A stretch of 37,689 bases of DNA, taken from positions 1 through 37,689 of the forward strand of contig CANFJD010000001.1 in assembly GCA_947447315.1 (NCBI GenBank), written 5' to 3'. The translations under genes and the position numbers were made by a program. The notes beneath the pieces are model-generated. The model was not told where the DNA came from. It ran no database searches and was given only the letters and a program-made list of their open reading frames with translations. Positions 1 through 10,482 of this stretch are shown in pieces (positions within the stretch are counted from its first letter, which is position 1; each line of letters starts with the position of its first letter). This stretch comes from Fimbriimonadaceae bacterium (GTDB lineage Bacteria > Armatimonadota > Fimbriimonadia > Fimbriimonadales > Fimbriimonadaceae).

Positions 1-396
1 CGGGGCGAAGGGCAGGATTGGATTGAGCGATACCTGCAGGTGGAATCGTGGCAAAACTTGGGTCTGCTTCGGCGCGTTCGGGCGTATTCGTCCATCTGGT
101 TACCGCCACAACTAGTCGAGATTTCTCGGTTGGTTCGCATTGCCGGTCCCTCCGAATCCTATCGATTTCCCCAAGATCCGGTGGAGTGGAATAGAGCGGT
201 TAACGCGATCGTGGCGACCCAACCTTCGGTCGAAAGCCTTCCCCCGGTAATCGGGTGGCGAGAACGAGATGGCTCCATCAATCTAGCCGACGGAAATCAC
301 CGGGTAACCGCCCTCATGACCATGGGCTTCAAGTCCTGCTGGGCACTCTTGCACGATGGCCCGCTGAGAAGTACCGAGGAACTTGGCAAGCAGTAG
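1..396 (+). CDS. ParB/sulfiredoxin-like N-terminal-domain protein (5'-truncated by window edge)
   Basis: The frame is open from base 1 (RGEGQDWIERYLQVESW...). 'LPPVI...INLADGNHRVTAL' matches the ParB/Srx DGxHR motif. Confidence 0.7.
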   Translation, partial: RGEGQDWIERYLQVESWQNLGLLRRVRAYSSIWLPPQLVEISRLVRIAGPSESYRFPQDPVEWNRAVNAIVATQPSVESLPPVIGWRERDGSINLADGNHRVTALMTMGFKSCWALLHDGPLRSTEELGKQ

Positions 397-467
397 CATT
401 AACCAGAATCCGACATCGACCTAATCACGACTTCGAGGATCCAGGAGAGCCAGGCCCTCGAATTCGC

Positions 468-2096
468 TCAGTGAACCGTCAACCGGACCGTCGGGGTTCC
501 GTAGTCTCCGTTGTATTTCTCGACGTTGAGACTGAAGGCGGTACCGAACGCGAGGTCGCCGACCATGCTCTTCCAGACTCGGGGATCGGCGGTGGGGAGG
601 AGCCATACGGGGATCTCGGCGCCGGAGTCGAGCCGTACCAATATCTGATACAGATTGGCCGGGTTAAAGTTATCTCCCGTAACGGTCACCACCGTCTGTC
701 CGGCACTAGAATCGAATCGAGCATCATACGACGCCACGATCGGGACATCCAGCTTGGCTTTCAGTAGTCCGGTTTGGCCATTAGTGAGCATGTAACGAAC
801 CACCACCTCGTTGTATTTATTGAAGTTTCGGGTTGGCTCGAAACGGAACGAGTAGAGGTAATCGCCGAAGAGGGGCTGGCCTACCTGAAGAAGTTCCGGG
901 ATCCGCCAGAGCGATAGACCCGAGACATAATGGTTCGGCTGCACCGGCACGTCGATCTCCAGCCCGGGTGTTCCGTTGTAGTTATTCCACGGGTACGCCA
1001 AATTACCAGCGGCGTTGATTGCCGCCGGTCCGCTCACATTGGAGTTTGGCCGCACCGCTAATCCGCGAGCATTTGACCAGAGGAGATCGGTACCAAACGT
1101 GGTGTAGTTGTAAGCGGTATTGGTCGTGACCCCGCTGGGGTTCATCTGGAAGCCCTGGGCCGTTTCAAAGTGATTGACACCGTTGTCACGAATGCTGATG
1201 GAGCCCAGTCGGGAGACTGTCATCTGCGGGACGCCGCTTTGGTAGCTCACCCCGCCGATGAGTCCACTTCCCGCCTTAAATGGCAATTGGTAAGCCCGGT
1301 TGGAAAACAGGCTCGGGCTGCCGCCAGCCAGGGAGAGTATTCCGCTTTGTTGGTTCAAGCCAAACTCGGTGGGCTGGCCGGTCATGCTGAGGTACGCACC
1401 ACCAAGGGAGCTTTGATCGGCCTTGATCATGTCGGCGCCAATAAGGTTATAAGCGTGGCCGTGGGCCGTGAATGTAATGGGCGCGGGCACGGTGGTGGCC
1501 GACGTGCGGGTGCCGAACGCAGCAGAAAAGCGGCCATCCGGAGCCTGAGCCGAAAACGCCCAGTTTCCGCGTTCGGTGCCGTCGGCCGAGCAGTTGAAAG
1601 TGCCGTAGCTGCCAATCTGCTGGCGGGCAAGTCGCAAGGTGCGGTTAGATCGACTGCCGGACGTTTGGTAAAAGCCAAAGTAGGGCTGTCCGGGATTTCC
1701 CACTCGGATGGTGGCGGCAAATCCAACGACACTCGATCCAAGGAAGTAGCCGTTCGGGCCGTCCATCGCAGGGGTGGCGGCAAGGCTCTGGACGACGCCT
1801 CCATCGAGAGCATCGCCTTCTTCGATGACCTTGCGGAACCCAAATTGGTCGGCGATGTAGATTCCATTCCCGCTGCGGGCCCCGCGCGAAAAGTAGCCGG
1901 TGATGATGACCTGACCGTAGTCGTTCACCACGCCATGGGCAAACTGCGGGGCAATTCCTTGGACGTTGGTGTCGTCCAGGAGTTTGGTGTAGATCGCGTC
2001 CACGGTCGGACGGTTATCTTGAGCCGTGGCTGCGGCCGCAAAAGCAAATGCAAAACCAATTAATGAGCCACGGAATATCGCCATTGATGTCGGCAT
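468..2096 (-). CDS. Secreted beta-rich protein with NxxGxxAF-like repeats (DUF7453-like)
   Basis: 542-aa ORF with an Ala-rich signal peptide (AFAAAATA-Q) and repeats VVNDYGQVII, AINAAGNLAY and NFNKYNEVVV. The start may be Met5 (2084), 10 nt after a TATAAT. Confidence 0.6.
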   Translation of the reverse strand: MPTSMAIFRGSLIGFAFAFAAAATAQDNRPTVDAIYTKLLDDTNVQGIAPQFAHGVVNDYGQVIITGYFSRGARSGNGIYIADQFGFRKVIEEGDALDGGVVQSLAATPAMDGPNGYFLGSSVVGFAATIRVGNPGQPYFGFYQTSGSRSNRTLRLARQQIGSYGTFNCSADGTERGNWAFSAQAPDGRFSAAFGTRTSATTVPAPITFTAHGHAYNLIGADMIKADQSSLGGAYLSMTGQPTEFGLNQQSGILSLAGGSPSLFSNRAYQLPFKAGSGLIGGVSYQSGVPQMTVSRLGSISIRDNGVNHFETAQGFQMNPSGVTTNTAYNYTTFGTDLLWSNARGLAVRPNSNVSGPAAINAAGNLAYPWNNYNGTPGLEIDVPVQPNHYVSGLSLWRIPELLQVGQPLFGDYLYSFRFEPTRNFNKYNEVVVRYMLTNGQTGLLKAKLDVPIVASYDARFDSSAGQTVVTVTGDNFNPANLYQILVRLDSGAEIPVWLLPTADPRVWKSMVGDLAFGTAFSLNVEKYNGDYGTPTVRLTVH

Positions 2097-2178
2097 TATA
2101 CAACTGCCCCGCAGAAGGGTAAAGCACCGCCTTTCGGCGACTGAGCAGTATTTCAGCGCCGAGTGATGCTTCAGCCTT

Positions 2179-2874
2179 CTAAACGGCCGCGCCGAAAAGT
2201 TTGCCTACGCCAGCCGTGATAGCCATCGCTAGAACTCCCCAGAAAGTGACCCGAAGGGCGCCTCTCCAAATGGTCGCTCCGCCAACAAAGGCGGCGACGG
2301 AACCAAGGACCGCCAGGGTCATAACGGTCGCCAGGCTGGTCACCAAACTCACAGACTTCGACGGTGCCATGGCACACGCGATGATGGGAACGATTGCCCC
2401 CAGCGCGAATGCTGCCGCTGAGGATAGAGAAGCCTGCACCGGCCGCGCCATTAGGGTTTCGGTGATGCCAAGTTCGTCGCGAGCATGAGCCGACAACGCG
2501 TCATTTCGGGTGAGTTGGACGGCAACCTCTTTGGCCAGCGTTTCATCCAGCCCGCGTCCCATGTAGATGGCCGTCAGCTCTTGCAGTTCGCTTTCTGGTT
2601 CGTCACGCAGTTCAGCTCGTTCGCGAGCAAGATCGGCGTTTTCGGTATCCGCCTGAGACTGAACGGATATGTATTCCCCCGCGGCCATGGAGAGAGCTCC
2701 GGCTACCAGGCCGGCGATACCGGTCAGCATGAGGTTCCCCTTCCCCACTCCGCTGGCAGCGACCCCTACCACCAGGCTAGAAACCGACACGACTCCGTCG
2801 TTCGCTCCCAAAACCGCCGCACGCAGCCAGCCAATTCGGTGAGACCGGTGATTTTCAATGTGGAGCGAACGCAT
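2179..2874 (-). CDS. VIT1/CCC1 family iron/manganese transporter
   Basis: Signature motifs 'HRSHRIGWLRAAVLGANDG', 'SMAAGEYISVQSQ' and 'AHARDELGI'. Confidence 0.93.
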   Translation of the reverse strand: MRSLHIENHRSHRIGWLRAAVLGANDGVVSVSSLVVGVAASGVGKGNLMLTGIAGLVAGALSMAAGEYISVQSQADTENADLARERAELRDEPESELQELTAIYMGRGLDETLAKEVAVQLTRNDALSAHARDELGITETLMARPVQASLSSAAAFALGAIVPIIACAMAPSKSVSLVTSLATVMTLAVLGSVAAFVGGATIWRGALRVTFWGVLAMAITAGVGKLFGAAV

Positions 2875-3105
2875 CGTTCAGTATCACCACATGCCGATGC
2901 CTTTACGTGGGAAGATGAGGCAGGAACCAGCTATCTCCACCCGCGGTTTTGCTGGACACAAAGTCATGTACGGCATTTGTAAGACAAGCCTTTCGGTAGT
3001 CGGAAGGGGCAGTCTGGACCATGCGTCCGCTGGTTGATAGCATCACTATTTCCGCCGTATGCCGCGATCGGTTCCCGGTTCGTCGCCCGGATTGTAAGAG
3101 GGAGG

Positions 3106-3945
3106 ATGCATTTGGCGATCCGTCTTGAAGGTGCACGTTTACGCTGGATTCGTCCAATTATTGGCTTTCTCGTCCTCGCCTCCGCTTGGACTTGGGGACT
3201 CCTTTTCGTCGACGGTACGGTAACTGGCGATCTGCCCTTCTTTCGTGGTGCGCTGAAAGTGCTGGCGGGATTTGGCCCCAGCTTGGCGGGGCTTGTCACG
3301 GCATTCTTGACATTAGGACCGGTAGGTTGCCGGAGTTGGCTGGCCAAATGCTTCAACTACCGGGTGAGTTGGCATTGGTACGTCTTGACATTCCTGACTC
3401 CCCCCGCCCTGATGGTGGTGGCGGTTGGACTTAACATTGCCTTCGGAGGCGCGCAGCCCAGCTTTCTACCTGTCGATAAAATCCCGACGGCGATCTTGAA
3501 CTTTGGTCTGGTGTTGCTAGTTGGAGGGCCCTTTGGGGAGGAGTTGGGCTGGCGCGGATATCTAACTCCCGCGTTAACCTCACGCATCAATTGGCGCGGG
3601 GCGAGCCTTTTCGTCGGCGTGGTTTGGGGGCTTTGGCATCTTCCCTTCTTCTACTCGGCGGGAACCCTTCAGGCGGGTCTGGCGATTCCGACTTTTCTGG
3701 TGAACATTCTGGCCGGTTCCGTGCTTTTTGGCTGGCTCTATCAGAGAACCGGGCCCAGCATGGTGCCTTGCCTGGTGTTGCATACATCGCTGAATGCCTG
3801 GGCCGGAATGCTTGCCATCCTTCCAACCGAAACCAGTTGGCGACCATATGTATTGGTTACCGGGTTACTACTAATCGCCGTTGGCGGTCTCTTGATCTTG
3901 CCGGACAGCCGGGTCGTAACCCGGCCCACCCACGCGGGTGTATAA
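3106..3945 (+). CDS. CPBP (CAAX protease/Abi) family intramembrane metalloprotease
   Basis: Multiple TM helices with motifs EELGWRGY, WGLWHLP and LHTSLN. The start is uncertain (TTG 3034 or ATG 3106 after AGAGGGAGG). Confidence 0.88.
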   Translation: MHLAIRLEGARLRWIRPIIGFLVLASAWTWGLLFVDGTVTGDLPFFRGALKVLAGFGPSLAGLVTAFLTLGPVGCRSWLAKCFNYRVSWHWYVLTFLTPPALMVVAVGLNIAFGGAQPSFLPVDKIPTAILNFGLVLLVGGPFGEELGWRGYLTPALTSRINWRGASLFVGVVWGLWHLPFFYSAGTLQAGLAIPTFLVNILAGSVLFGWLYQRTGPSMVPCLVLHTSLNAWAGMLAILPTETSWRPYVLVTGLLLIAVGGLLILPDSRVVTRPTHAGV

Positions 3946-3991
3946 ATGCGATGGCACGCATGGTAGGGGCAAAGATTTGCGGCTAGAATAG

Positions 3992-4969
<978 letters not shown>

Positions 4970-4990
4970 ATGCGTTGGTAGAATGCGATG

Positions 4991-5458
4991 ATGAAAAGAA
5001 GTTTGATTGCAATTTCTGGCTTTACGGTGGCAGCCACGAGCTATGGGGCGGACGTCCCGTCGGAAATCAGAATTCAGTACAAAAAGATTGAACAGTGCAT
5101 CGTCAAACCCGATGTACGGACTTTCAAGACCTTCTTCGCCGCCAGCTTTGTGAACGTAGACGATCAGGGCACGGTGACGGCATATCCCGCATTTATGAAG
5201 CAGGTCGATGGGTTGTTTGCCGGAGCAATCTCGGGGACCGCAAAAGAAAAGCTTCGGACGGCTAAGGTTTATCCGGACCGAGTGGAGGTGGACTTCGACC
5301 TCACATTTTCTCTCGAAACAAAGAAATCCGTGCTTTCCGGACACGAAGTTGGCATCGATACCTGGAAAAAGATCGGTGGGCTGTGGCGGTTGGTGAAGAC
5401 CGTCGACCGGGTGTTTACGGTATCAAGGATGGATGTTCACTTGGTCGGCAGGCACTGA
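4991..5458 (+). CDS. Secreted NTF2/SnoaL-like (DUF4440-like) protein
   Basis: Signal peptide and a C-terminal 'DTWKKIGGLWRL' strand typical of the NTF2-like fold. ATG at 4988 or 4991. Confidence 0.65.
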   Translation: MKRSLIAISGFTVAATSYGADVPSEIRIQYKKIEQCIVKPDVRTFKTFFAASFVNVDDQGTVTAYPAFMKQVDGLFAGAISGTAKEKLRTAKVYPDRVEVDFDLTFSLETKKSVLSGHEVGIDTWKKIGGLWRLVKTVDRVFTVSRMDVHLVGRH

Positions 5459-5512
5459 TTTGATTGAAAATTCAGAAATCATGTGTTTGCCTGGTAGCGC
5501 GATAGTTGTAAG

Positions 5513-6037
5513 ATGGCAACGATGCCTTCCATCAATATCGATCAAGCTAAGAGCCAGCTGAAGAGCCTTCGCGACCACGGTTTTGCGGACAAGTTAGCGG
5601 CCCTAGCCGGTACCCACGGCTTTCCAGCCACCTACTTCTTCGCCATCGCCAGCCGGGAAACGAATTGCCAGAACATCCTCGGCGATTTTCAGGGTGGGCA
5701 GTACCATGGAGTTGGCATCATTCAGATCGATATTCAACACGATGTAGCTCGGCAGGCGCGAGACTCGGGAAGTTACAAGACGAACCCCGGACCGCTGCTC
5801 TCGTTCGGAGCGGATCTGATCAAGGCGAACATCCATACGGTGGCCCAACATTTCCCAAATCTCACGTCCGATCAGCACCTCAAAATCGCCGCCAGTGCCT
5901 ACAACTGCGGACCGGTCAACGCCATTAAGGGAGCTGAGCATGGCGATAGCGATAGCCACACCACGGGACACGACTACGGTCACGACGTGATGGTACGCAA
6001 AGGATTTTTCGATCAGTTGATCGCCGCCGGCCACTAG
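5513..6037 (+). CDS. GH23 goose-type (g-type) lysozyme-like / lytic transglycosylase
   Basis: AIASRET (catalytic Glu), GIIQID, SAYNCG and DSHTTGHDYGHDV, compared with g-lysozyme ISRES, GLMQVD, SAYNAG and TTxxDYxNDV. Confidence 0.8.
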   Translation: MATMPSINIDQAKSQLKSLRDHGFADKLAALAGTHGFPATYFFAIASRETNCQNILGDFQGGQYHGVGIIQIDIQHDVARQARDSGSYKTNPGPLLSFGADLIKANIHTVAQHFPNLTSDQHLKIAASAYNCGPVNAIKGAEHGDSDSHTTGHDYGHDVMVRKGFFDQLIAAGH

Positions 6038-6052
6038 CCGACCACTAGCCGA
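6031..6052. repeat. 11-bp tandem duplication CCACTAGCCGA x2 spanning the lysozyme stop codon
   Basis: Exact copies at 6031-6041 and 6042-6052. Confidence 0.85.
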
Positions 6053-6060
6053 CGGCAATC

Positions 6061-6088
6061 GGGTCGCCCCAGATGGCTGGGGCGATCC
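6061..6088. terminator. Hairpin between convergent genes (probable terminator)
   Basis: GGGTCGCCCCAG-ATGG-CTGGGGCGATCC, 12-bp stem with one G-U pair; no clear U tract. Confidence 0.6.
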
Positions 6089-6099
6089 TGGGTGGTGGG

Positions 6100-7812
6100 T
6101 TACTTGGCAGAGAAGACGGTTTTTCCGTCTTTAATGGTCTCAACTACCTTGATGTTGATGATCTTGGCGGGAGCGATTTTGAGCGGATTCTGGTTCAGAA
6201 TCACGAAATCGGCCAGCTTTCCGGGTTCGAGAGTTCCCTTCGATGCCTCCTCAAAGTGCTGGTAAGCCGACCAAATGGTCATCGCTTTAAGCGCAACGTA
6301 CGGCGTCAATCGCTGCTTGGGACCCAGCACATAACCGGATCGCGTGGTGCGGTTCACTGCGCTATCCAAAATCCGCATGGAATTAGGGAAAGTGACGGGC
6401 GCATCAGAGTGGATCGTGAACTTCATCCCGTTATCCAGAACCCATCCCGTCGGCGAAATGTTCTCCGCCCGCTTGGGTCCCGCCACCGACTGCCGATGCC
6501 AGTCTCCCCAATAGAACGTGTGCATGGGATACGAGGAGGGAAAAATTCCGGCCCTTTTGAGCTTAGGCACCTGATCCTTTCGCAGATACTGGCCGTGGAT
6601 CAAAACCGTCCGCGCCTGGCTATTTGGATACTTGGCCTTTGCCTTGGTAACCGTTTCGATTAGCTCATCAATAGCCGCATCTCCGTTTGCGTGGACCAGT
6701 AGCTGCCACTTGTTCTTAAAGGCCATGTCCACCCACTTCTGGGCATCCGCCGGCTTAAACGCCGGGTATCCGCGATACGACTTGGGCTGGCCCGCCGGAA
6801 CCTGGTAGTAGGGCTGAGTGAAATAGGCCGTTTTCCCTTGGGGCGAACCATCGAATGTCAGCTTCACTCCGCCGAGGCGATACTTATTCTTGTAGTAGTG
6901 GCTCATCAGAGGGCCGTGTAGTGCCGGGTCCTTTGAGGTTGAGTCTAAACCCGGATAGGCTACTACGTCCAGCAAAAAGGCACCCTTAGCCGCGGTCTTA
7001 GAAAGATCTACTAACGCACTGCCCTCCGCCCGTCCTTCTTGCACCGTGGTGAATCCATTAGCTGCATAAATGGCCAGCGATTTTTGGAGCTGATTCGTTA
7101 AGTCTTCGTCCGAATATTTTGGCAACATGCCAAAAACCGCCGTGAAAAAGGCCATCTCTTCCACCACACCGTCGGGCTCTTTACTACCGGGCTTACGTCG
7201 AATGACTCCACCTTGAGGATCCTTGGAGGCCGACGTGATACCAGCTTTTTTCAAAGCCAGCGAGTTCAGGACGCCGAGATGCCCCGACTGATGGATGACG
7301 ACGATTGGAATCTCGGTGGAGATGGCGTCCAGTTCGGCTGCGGTCGGACTACGCTTCTCCTTCAACTGAGAGTCATCGTAATTGAATCCAATGGCGAGTC
7401 CGTATATTTTCACCAACGGTTCGGTCGCAATGAACTCACGCATCGTTTTCTGAAGCTGAGGAATCGTTTGCACGGGGCCATCCGGCGGTGGCAGTAGGTT
7501 GGCGCTGGTCGCTTGAAGACCAACATTTGCGTAGTGGCTGTGCGCATCCACGAAACCCGGAATCAGGGTCTTGCCGTTGAGATTTACTACCTTGGTGGAA
7601 GCACCTTTGAGTGCCCCCAGCCCCTGGGCGCTGCCGACGTAGACAATCTTGCCGTTCCGCACCGCCAATCGCTGCACGTACTGGGGTTTGTTGCCAACCA
7701 TGGTGAGGATGTCGCCACCAAAGTACACGGTATCGGCGGGTTCCAAGACGGCAAATGAGGCGGCGCAAGCGCCGAAAAGAGCGAGACTAGAAAAGGATAA
7801 TTTCGATACCAT
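6100..7812 (-). CDS. Exported amidohydrolase (Amidohydro_3, YtcJ/NfdA-like)
   Basis: Signal peptide; motifs 'PGFVDAHSH', 'GVKLTFDGS', 'VHANGDAA', 'IHSDAP' and 'GTLEPGKLADFV'. Confidence 0.92.
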   Translation of the reverse strand: MVSKLSFSSLALFGACAASFAVLEPADTVYFGGDILTMVGNKPQYVQRLAVRNGKIVYVGSAQGLGALKGASTKVVNLNGKTLIPGFVDAHSHYANVGLQATSANLLPPPDGPVQTIPQLQKTMREFIATEPLVKIYGLAIGFNYDDSQLKEKRSPTAAELDAISTEIPIVVIHQSGHLGVLNSLALKKAGITSASKDPQGGVIRRKPGSKEPDGVVEEMAFFTAVFGMLPKYSDEDLTNQLQKSLAIYAANGFTTVQEGRAEGSALVDLSKTAAKGAFLLDVVAYPGLDSTSKDPALHGPLMSHYYKNKYRLGGVKLTFDGSPQGKTAYFTQPYYQVPAGQPKSYRGYPAFKPADAQKWVDMAFKNKWQLLVHANGDAAIDELIETVTKAKAKYPNSQARTVLIHGQYLRKDQVPKLKRAGIFPSSYPMHTFYWGDWHRQSVAGPKRAENISPTGWVLDNGMKFTIHSDAPVTFPNSMRILDSAVNRTTRSGYVLGPKQRLTPYVALKAMTIWSAYQHFEEASKGTLEPGKLADFVILNQNPLKIAPAKIINIKVVETIKDGKTVFSAK

Positions 7813-8127
7813 GGGCTATTCGTCGGACTGAATGTTGATTGTAGCAAAGCGTTTTACCAATCCAAACTCGCACGTCTAGAGAATTTCAACTAAAACTTCT
7901 CGTGCCTTGGAGTCGGTTCAGCTCGAAATCCGAGCATATTGCAGGCAACGATGTAATCCCATGGTTCTCGCAGGATCAACCGAAAATGCGCTGTTTTATA
8001 TGAGTTCCATCCTAAAGGTTGTCTAAGGTTTATACGCCCCCGTCGATAAATGGCAATGGACTTGGCTCCCCTCTCGTAGCACTGCATGAGGCAATTTCGC
8101 TTCCATTATTTCAGAAATTTCAGAACA

Positions 8128-8529
8128 ATGAAAAACATCGTTGAAACCGCAGTTGCCGCCGGAACCTTCAAAACTCTCGCCACCGCCCTTACGGCCGCTG
8201 GCCTAATTGAGACCCTTTCCGGCCCCGGCCAATTCACCGTCTTCGCTCCGACCGACGAAGCATTCGCCAAGATCCCGGCCGAAACTCTTACCGCCGTCCT
8301 GGCCGATAAGGACAAGCTCACCGCCATCCTCACCTACCACGTAGTGGCCGGAAAGGTAACCGCCGCCGACGTCTCCAAGTTGACCGAAGCCACGACCCTT
8401 CAGGGCGGAGAAGTAAAGATTGATGCCAGTCACGGCGTCAAGATCAACGACGCCACCGTCATCACCCCCGACGTGGAAGCATCCAACGGCATCATCCACG
8501 TGATCGATACCGTCTTGATGCCCGCCTGA
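8128..8529 (+). CDS. Single fasciclin (FAS1) domain protein, no signal peptide
   Basis: Motifs '[11 protein letters not shown]', 'ILTYHVV' and '[11 protein letters not shown]'. Likely start MKNIVETA at 8128. Confidence 0.93.
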   Translation: MKNIVETAVAAGTFKTLATALTAAGLIETLSGPGQFTVFAPTDEAFAKIPAETLTAVLADKDKLTAILTYHVVAGKVTAADVSKLTEATTLQGGEVKIDASHGVKINDATVITPDVEASNGIIHVIDTVLMPA

Positions 8530-8560
8530 TCAACCTAACCGGTTCAAAACCACCAACCAC

Positions 8561-8596
8561 GAGGGACGGACCAACGAGTCCGCCCCTCCATTTCAT
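8561..8596 (+). terminator. Probable intrinsic terminator after the fasciclin gene
   Basis: GAGGGACGGAC/GTCCGCCCCTC stem (one mismatch) followed by CATTTCATTT. Confidence 0.55.
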
Positions 8597-8716
8597 TTCT
8601 ATCTCCAGGTGGCCCTGTAGGAACACCGAATTGGTCCGTTCGTTTCGGCAACTATCGCCGAACGTCGAACGATGAAGTCGCTACCATGGTGCCGAACAAG
8701 CCGCATAATTCATGCG

Positions 8717-9226
8717 GTGCGAGTTCTGGCAAACGTGTTTCATTCCCAATTTGACCAATCTCGGGTCACAAAACGCTGGGCCGAGGCTTTGGCAGAGGCT
8801 GGGATTGAAACGCGGTTTCATTCGGATGAACCGCTGGATATTGCCGCCGAGCACGCCGCTTGCGAACAGGCTGATCGGCTTATTTTCGTTCATCCCATGC
8901 ATTGGTATAGCGGTCCGTGGCCGCTGAAACGGTGGATTGACGAAGTTCTCACCTACGGCTGGGCTTACGGCGAGGAGAGCCGGATAGCGGGCAAAGAGTG
9001 GGTACATGCCGTTTCGGTTGGCGCTGGAATGGAAGAATACGGTCTCGAAGGTTCGCGGCTCTACACGGTCGAAGAATTTATGCGACCATTCGAGCGGACC
9101 GCCGGGTTTTGTGGTGCCATATACCGTCCGCCTTTCCTGTTCTACGGTGCGGGCTACCGTGGGGACGACGATTTGGCGGAATTCACGCTGGCCTTGCTTG
9201 ACTTTGCTCGGTCAACAAGAAGCTAG
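8717..9226 (+). CDS. Flavodoxin-like NAD(P)H oxidoreductase (KefF/YwrO-like)
   Basis: 'ADRLIFVHPMHWYSGPWPLKRWIDEVLTYGWAYG' and 'PFERTA'. The GTG at 8717 lies 7 nt after CATAAT. Confidence 0.88.
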   Translation: MRVLANVFHSQFDQSRVTKRWAEALAEAGIETRFHSDEPLDIAAEHAACEQADRLIFVHPMHWYSGPWPLKRWIDEVLTYGWAYGEESRIAGKEWVHAVSVGAGMEEYGLEGSRLYTVEEFMRPFERTAGFCGAIYRPPFLFYGAGYRGDDDLAEFTLALLDFARSTRS

Positions 9227-9239
9227 ACCTAGGCTATTT

Positions 9240-10169
9240 TTACGGATTTAGCCAACCGTCAACGACGGGTTCGTACTTGGCGGCCCTGGAGATTTCGTCT
9301 TGCCATAGCTGCCCGACTGCATTCGCACGAGAGCGATTTTCCACGCGAAGCTTTAGCAAATCTTCGGCACTCCTCGCCATTTGATAGCGCCGGGAATTTG
9401 AGTACAGCGCTTGCCAAACTGCCTTCAACTCCAGATCGGATTCCCGTTGCCGTGAAGTTCGTTGGGAGCGCTTGACGAGAGCTTTGACCACATCTTTCGC
9501 CACCCAATACTCCTGTAGCAAGTCTGCTCCCTCGTCGGGCGGAAACAGCGCCTCCGGCGAGAGCTTCCAGTTCCCATGCGCGATCATGTCGATCGCGATT
9601 TCTCGGTGTTCCTTGTTATCTGCCCGAAGAAGTGCGTACATTTGCTCTCTCGTGTCCGTTGTTTCAGGGATCTGGCTTGCCATGCCGTGATTGAGTAATT
9701 GGTCAAATGCATCCTTCGACTGTCCGCCTGGTTGTCCGGCCATGGCAATGACTTCTTCCCAGCGGTTCATTTTTGCCAAGCCACCTGCCGACAAGAATTG
9801 GTCCCGATGCATCCAGAAAGCTAAATGGGAAACCACCATCATCGCGACTGGAAGCGCCCACCATGCCTTTTTGTACCGAGCCGAAAAAGCGGTGAGTCCG
9901 ACGGTTATGATTCCCGTAGTGAAACCATTCGGAAGTAACAAAAAGCTCCAAAGGTAAGCATCAGCATAGGAATCAGCCGAAAAGCCAGATCGGAAAATGG
10001 ATGCATAAAGTGGCTGAAAGCCAATGCAACCTGAAACATATCCCGTCAGAAACAAAAATGGAATTGACCAACGGGGCAATAATTCGTAGTCGCGGTTAAT
10101 GCCAATGCAACCGACGATACAAATCGCGATAAAGACAACTGCCGACAACCAAGCCGCGGAATCAGTCAA
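9240..10169 (-). CDS. Hypothetical membrane protein (N-terminal TM helices, helical C-terminal part); possibly the 3' part of a frameshifted gene
   Basis: 309-aa ORF with a TTG start overlapping the upstream 58-aa ORF. Confidence 0.6.
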   Translation of the reverse strand: MTDSAAWLSAVVFIAICIVGCIGINRDYELLPRWSIPFLFLTGYVSGCIGFQPLYASIFRSGFSADSYADAYLWSFLLLPNGFTTGIITVGLTAFSARYKKAWWALPVAMMVVSHLAFWMHRDQFLSAGGLAKMNRWEEVIAMAGQPGGQSKDAFDQLLNHGMASQIPETTDTREQMYALLRADNKEHREIAIDMIAHGNWKLSPEALFPPDEGADLLQEYWVAKDVVKALVKRSQRTSRQRESDLELKAVWQALYSNSRRYQMARSAEDLLKLRVENRSRANAVGQLWQDEISRAAKYEPVVDGWLNP

Positions 10170-10338
10170 AACCGCTCCGCATGGCCAATATCAATCCCGC
10201 CACCAACAGCACATTTACGAGCAGTGAAAGGTACGTCCAGGCTACGCGATTTTGGCGGTGTCTTACAAGCATCCACCCGACGCTGAACCCTACGTAAAGG
10301 ACAGGGATCACCACTTCTTCGAGACTCGGCAAGTTCAT
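10162..10338 (-). CDS. 58-aa two-TM ORF absent from the ORF track (small membrane protein or 5' part of the frameshifted 9240 gene)
   Basis: Translated by hand: MNLPSLEEVVIPVLYVGFSVGWMLVRHRQNRVAWTYLSLLVNVLLVAGLILAMRSGFD*. Confidence 0.55.
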   Translation of the reverse strand: MNLPSLEEVVIPVLYVGFSVGWMLVRHRQNRVAWTYLSLLVNVLLVAGLILAMRSGFD

Positions 10339-10482
10339 ATTAATGGTCAGCGAAATTCTACAGAAATGCGATGATCATGATGAATCATAACCCGACAGAA
10401 CCCCATTTGGAACCGGAATAGTCAAATGTCCGTGCGATCAAATGATCGCACGGACACTAGACAGGCACAGAATCTGCGATGT

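Noticed and set aside
1170-2063. 297-aa + strand ORF, and similar long antisense ORFs (12496-13326, 15546-16352, 3983-4507)
   Set aside because: Each lies wholly opposite a better-supported gene and has no recognisable motifs.
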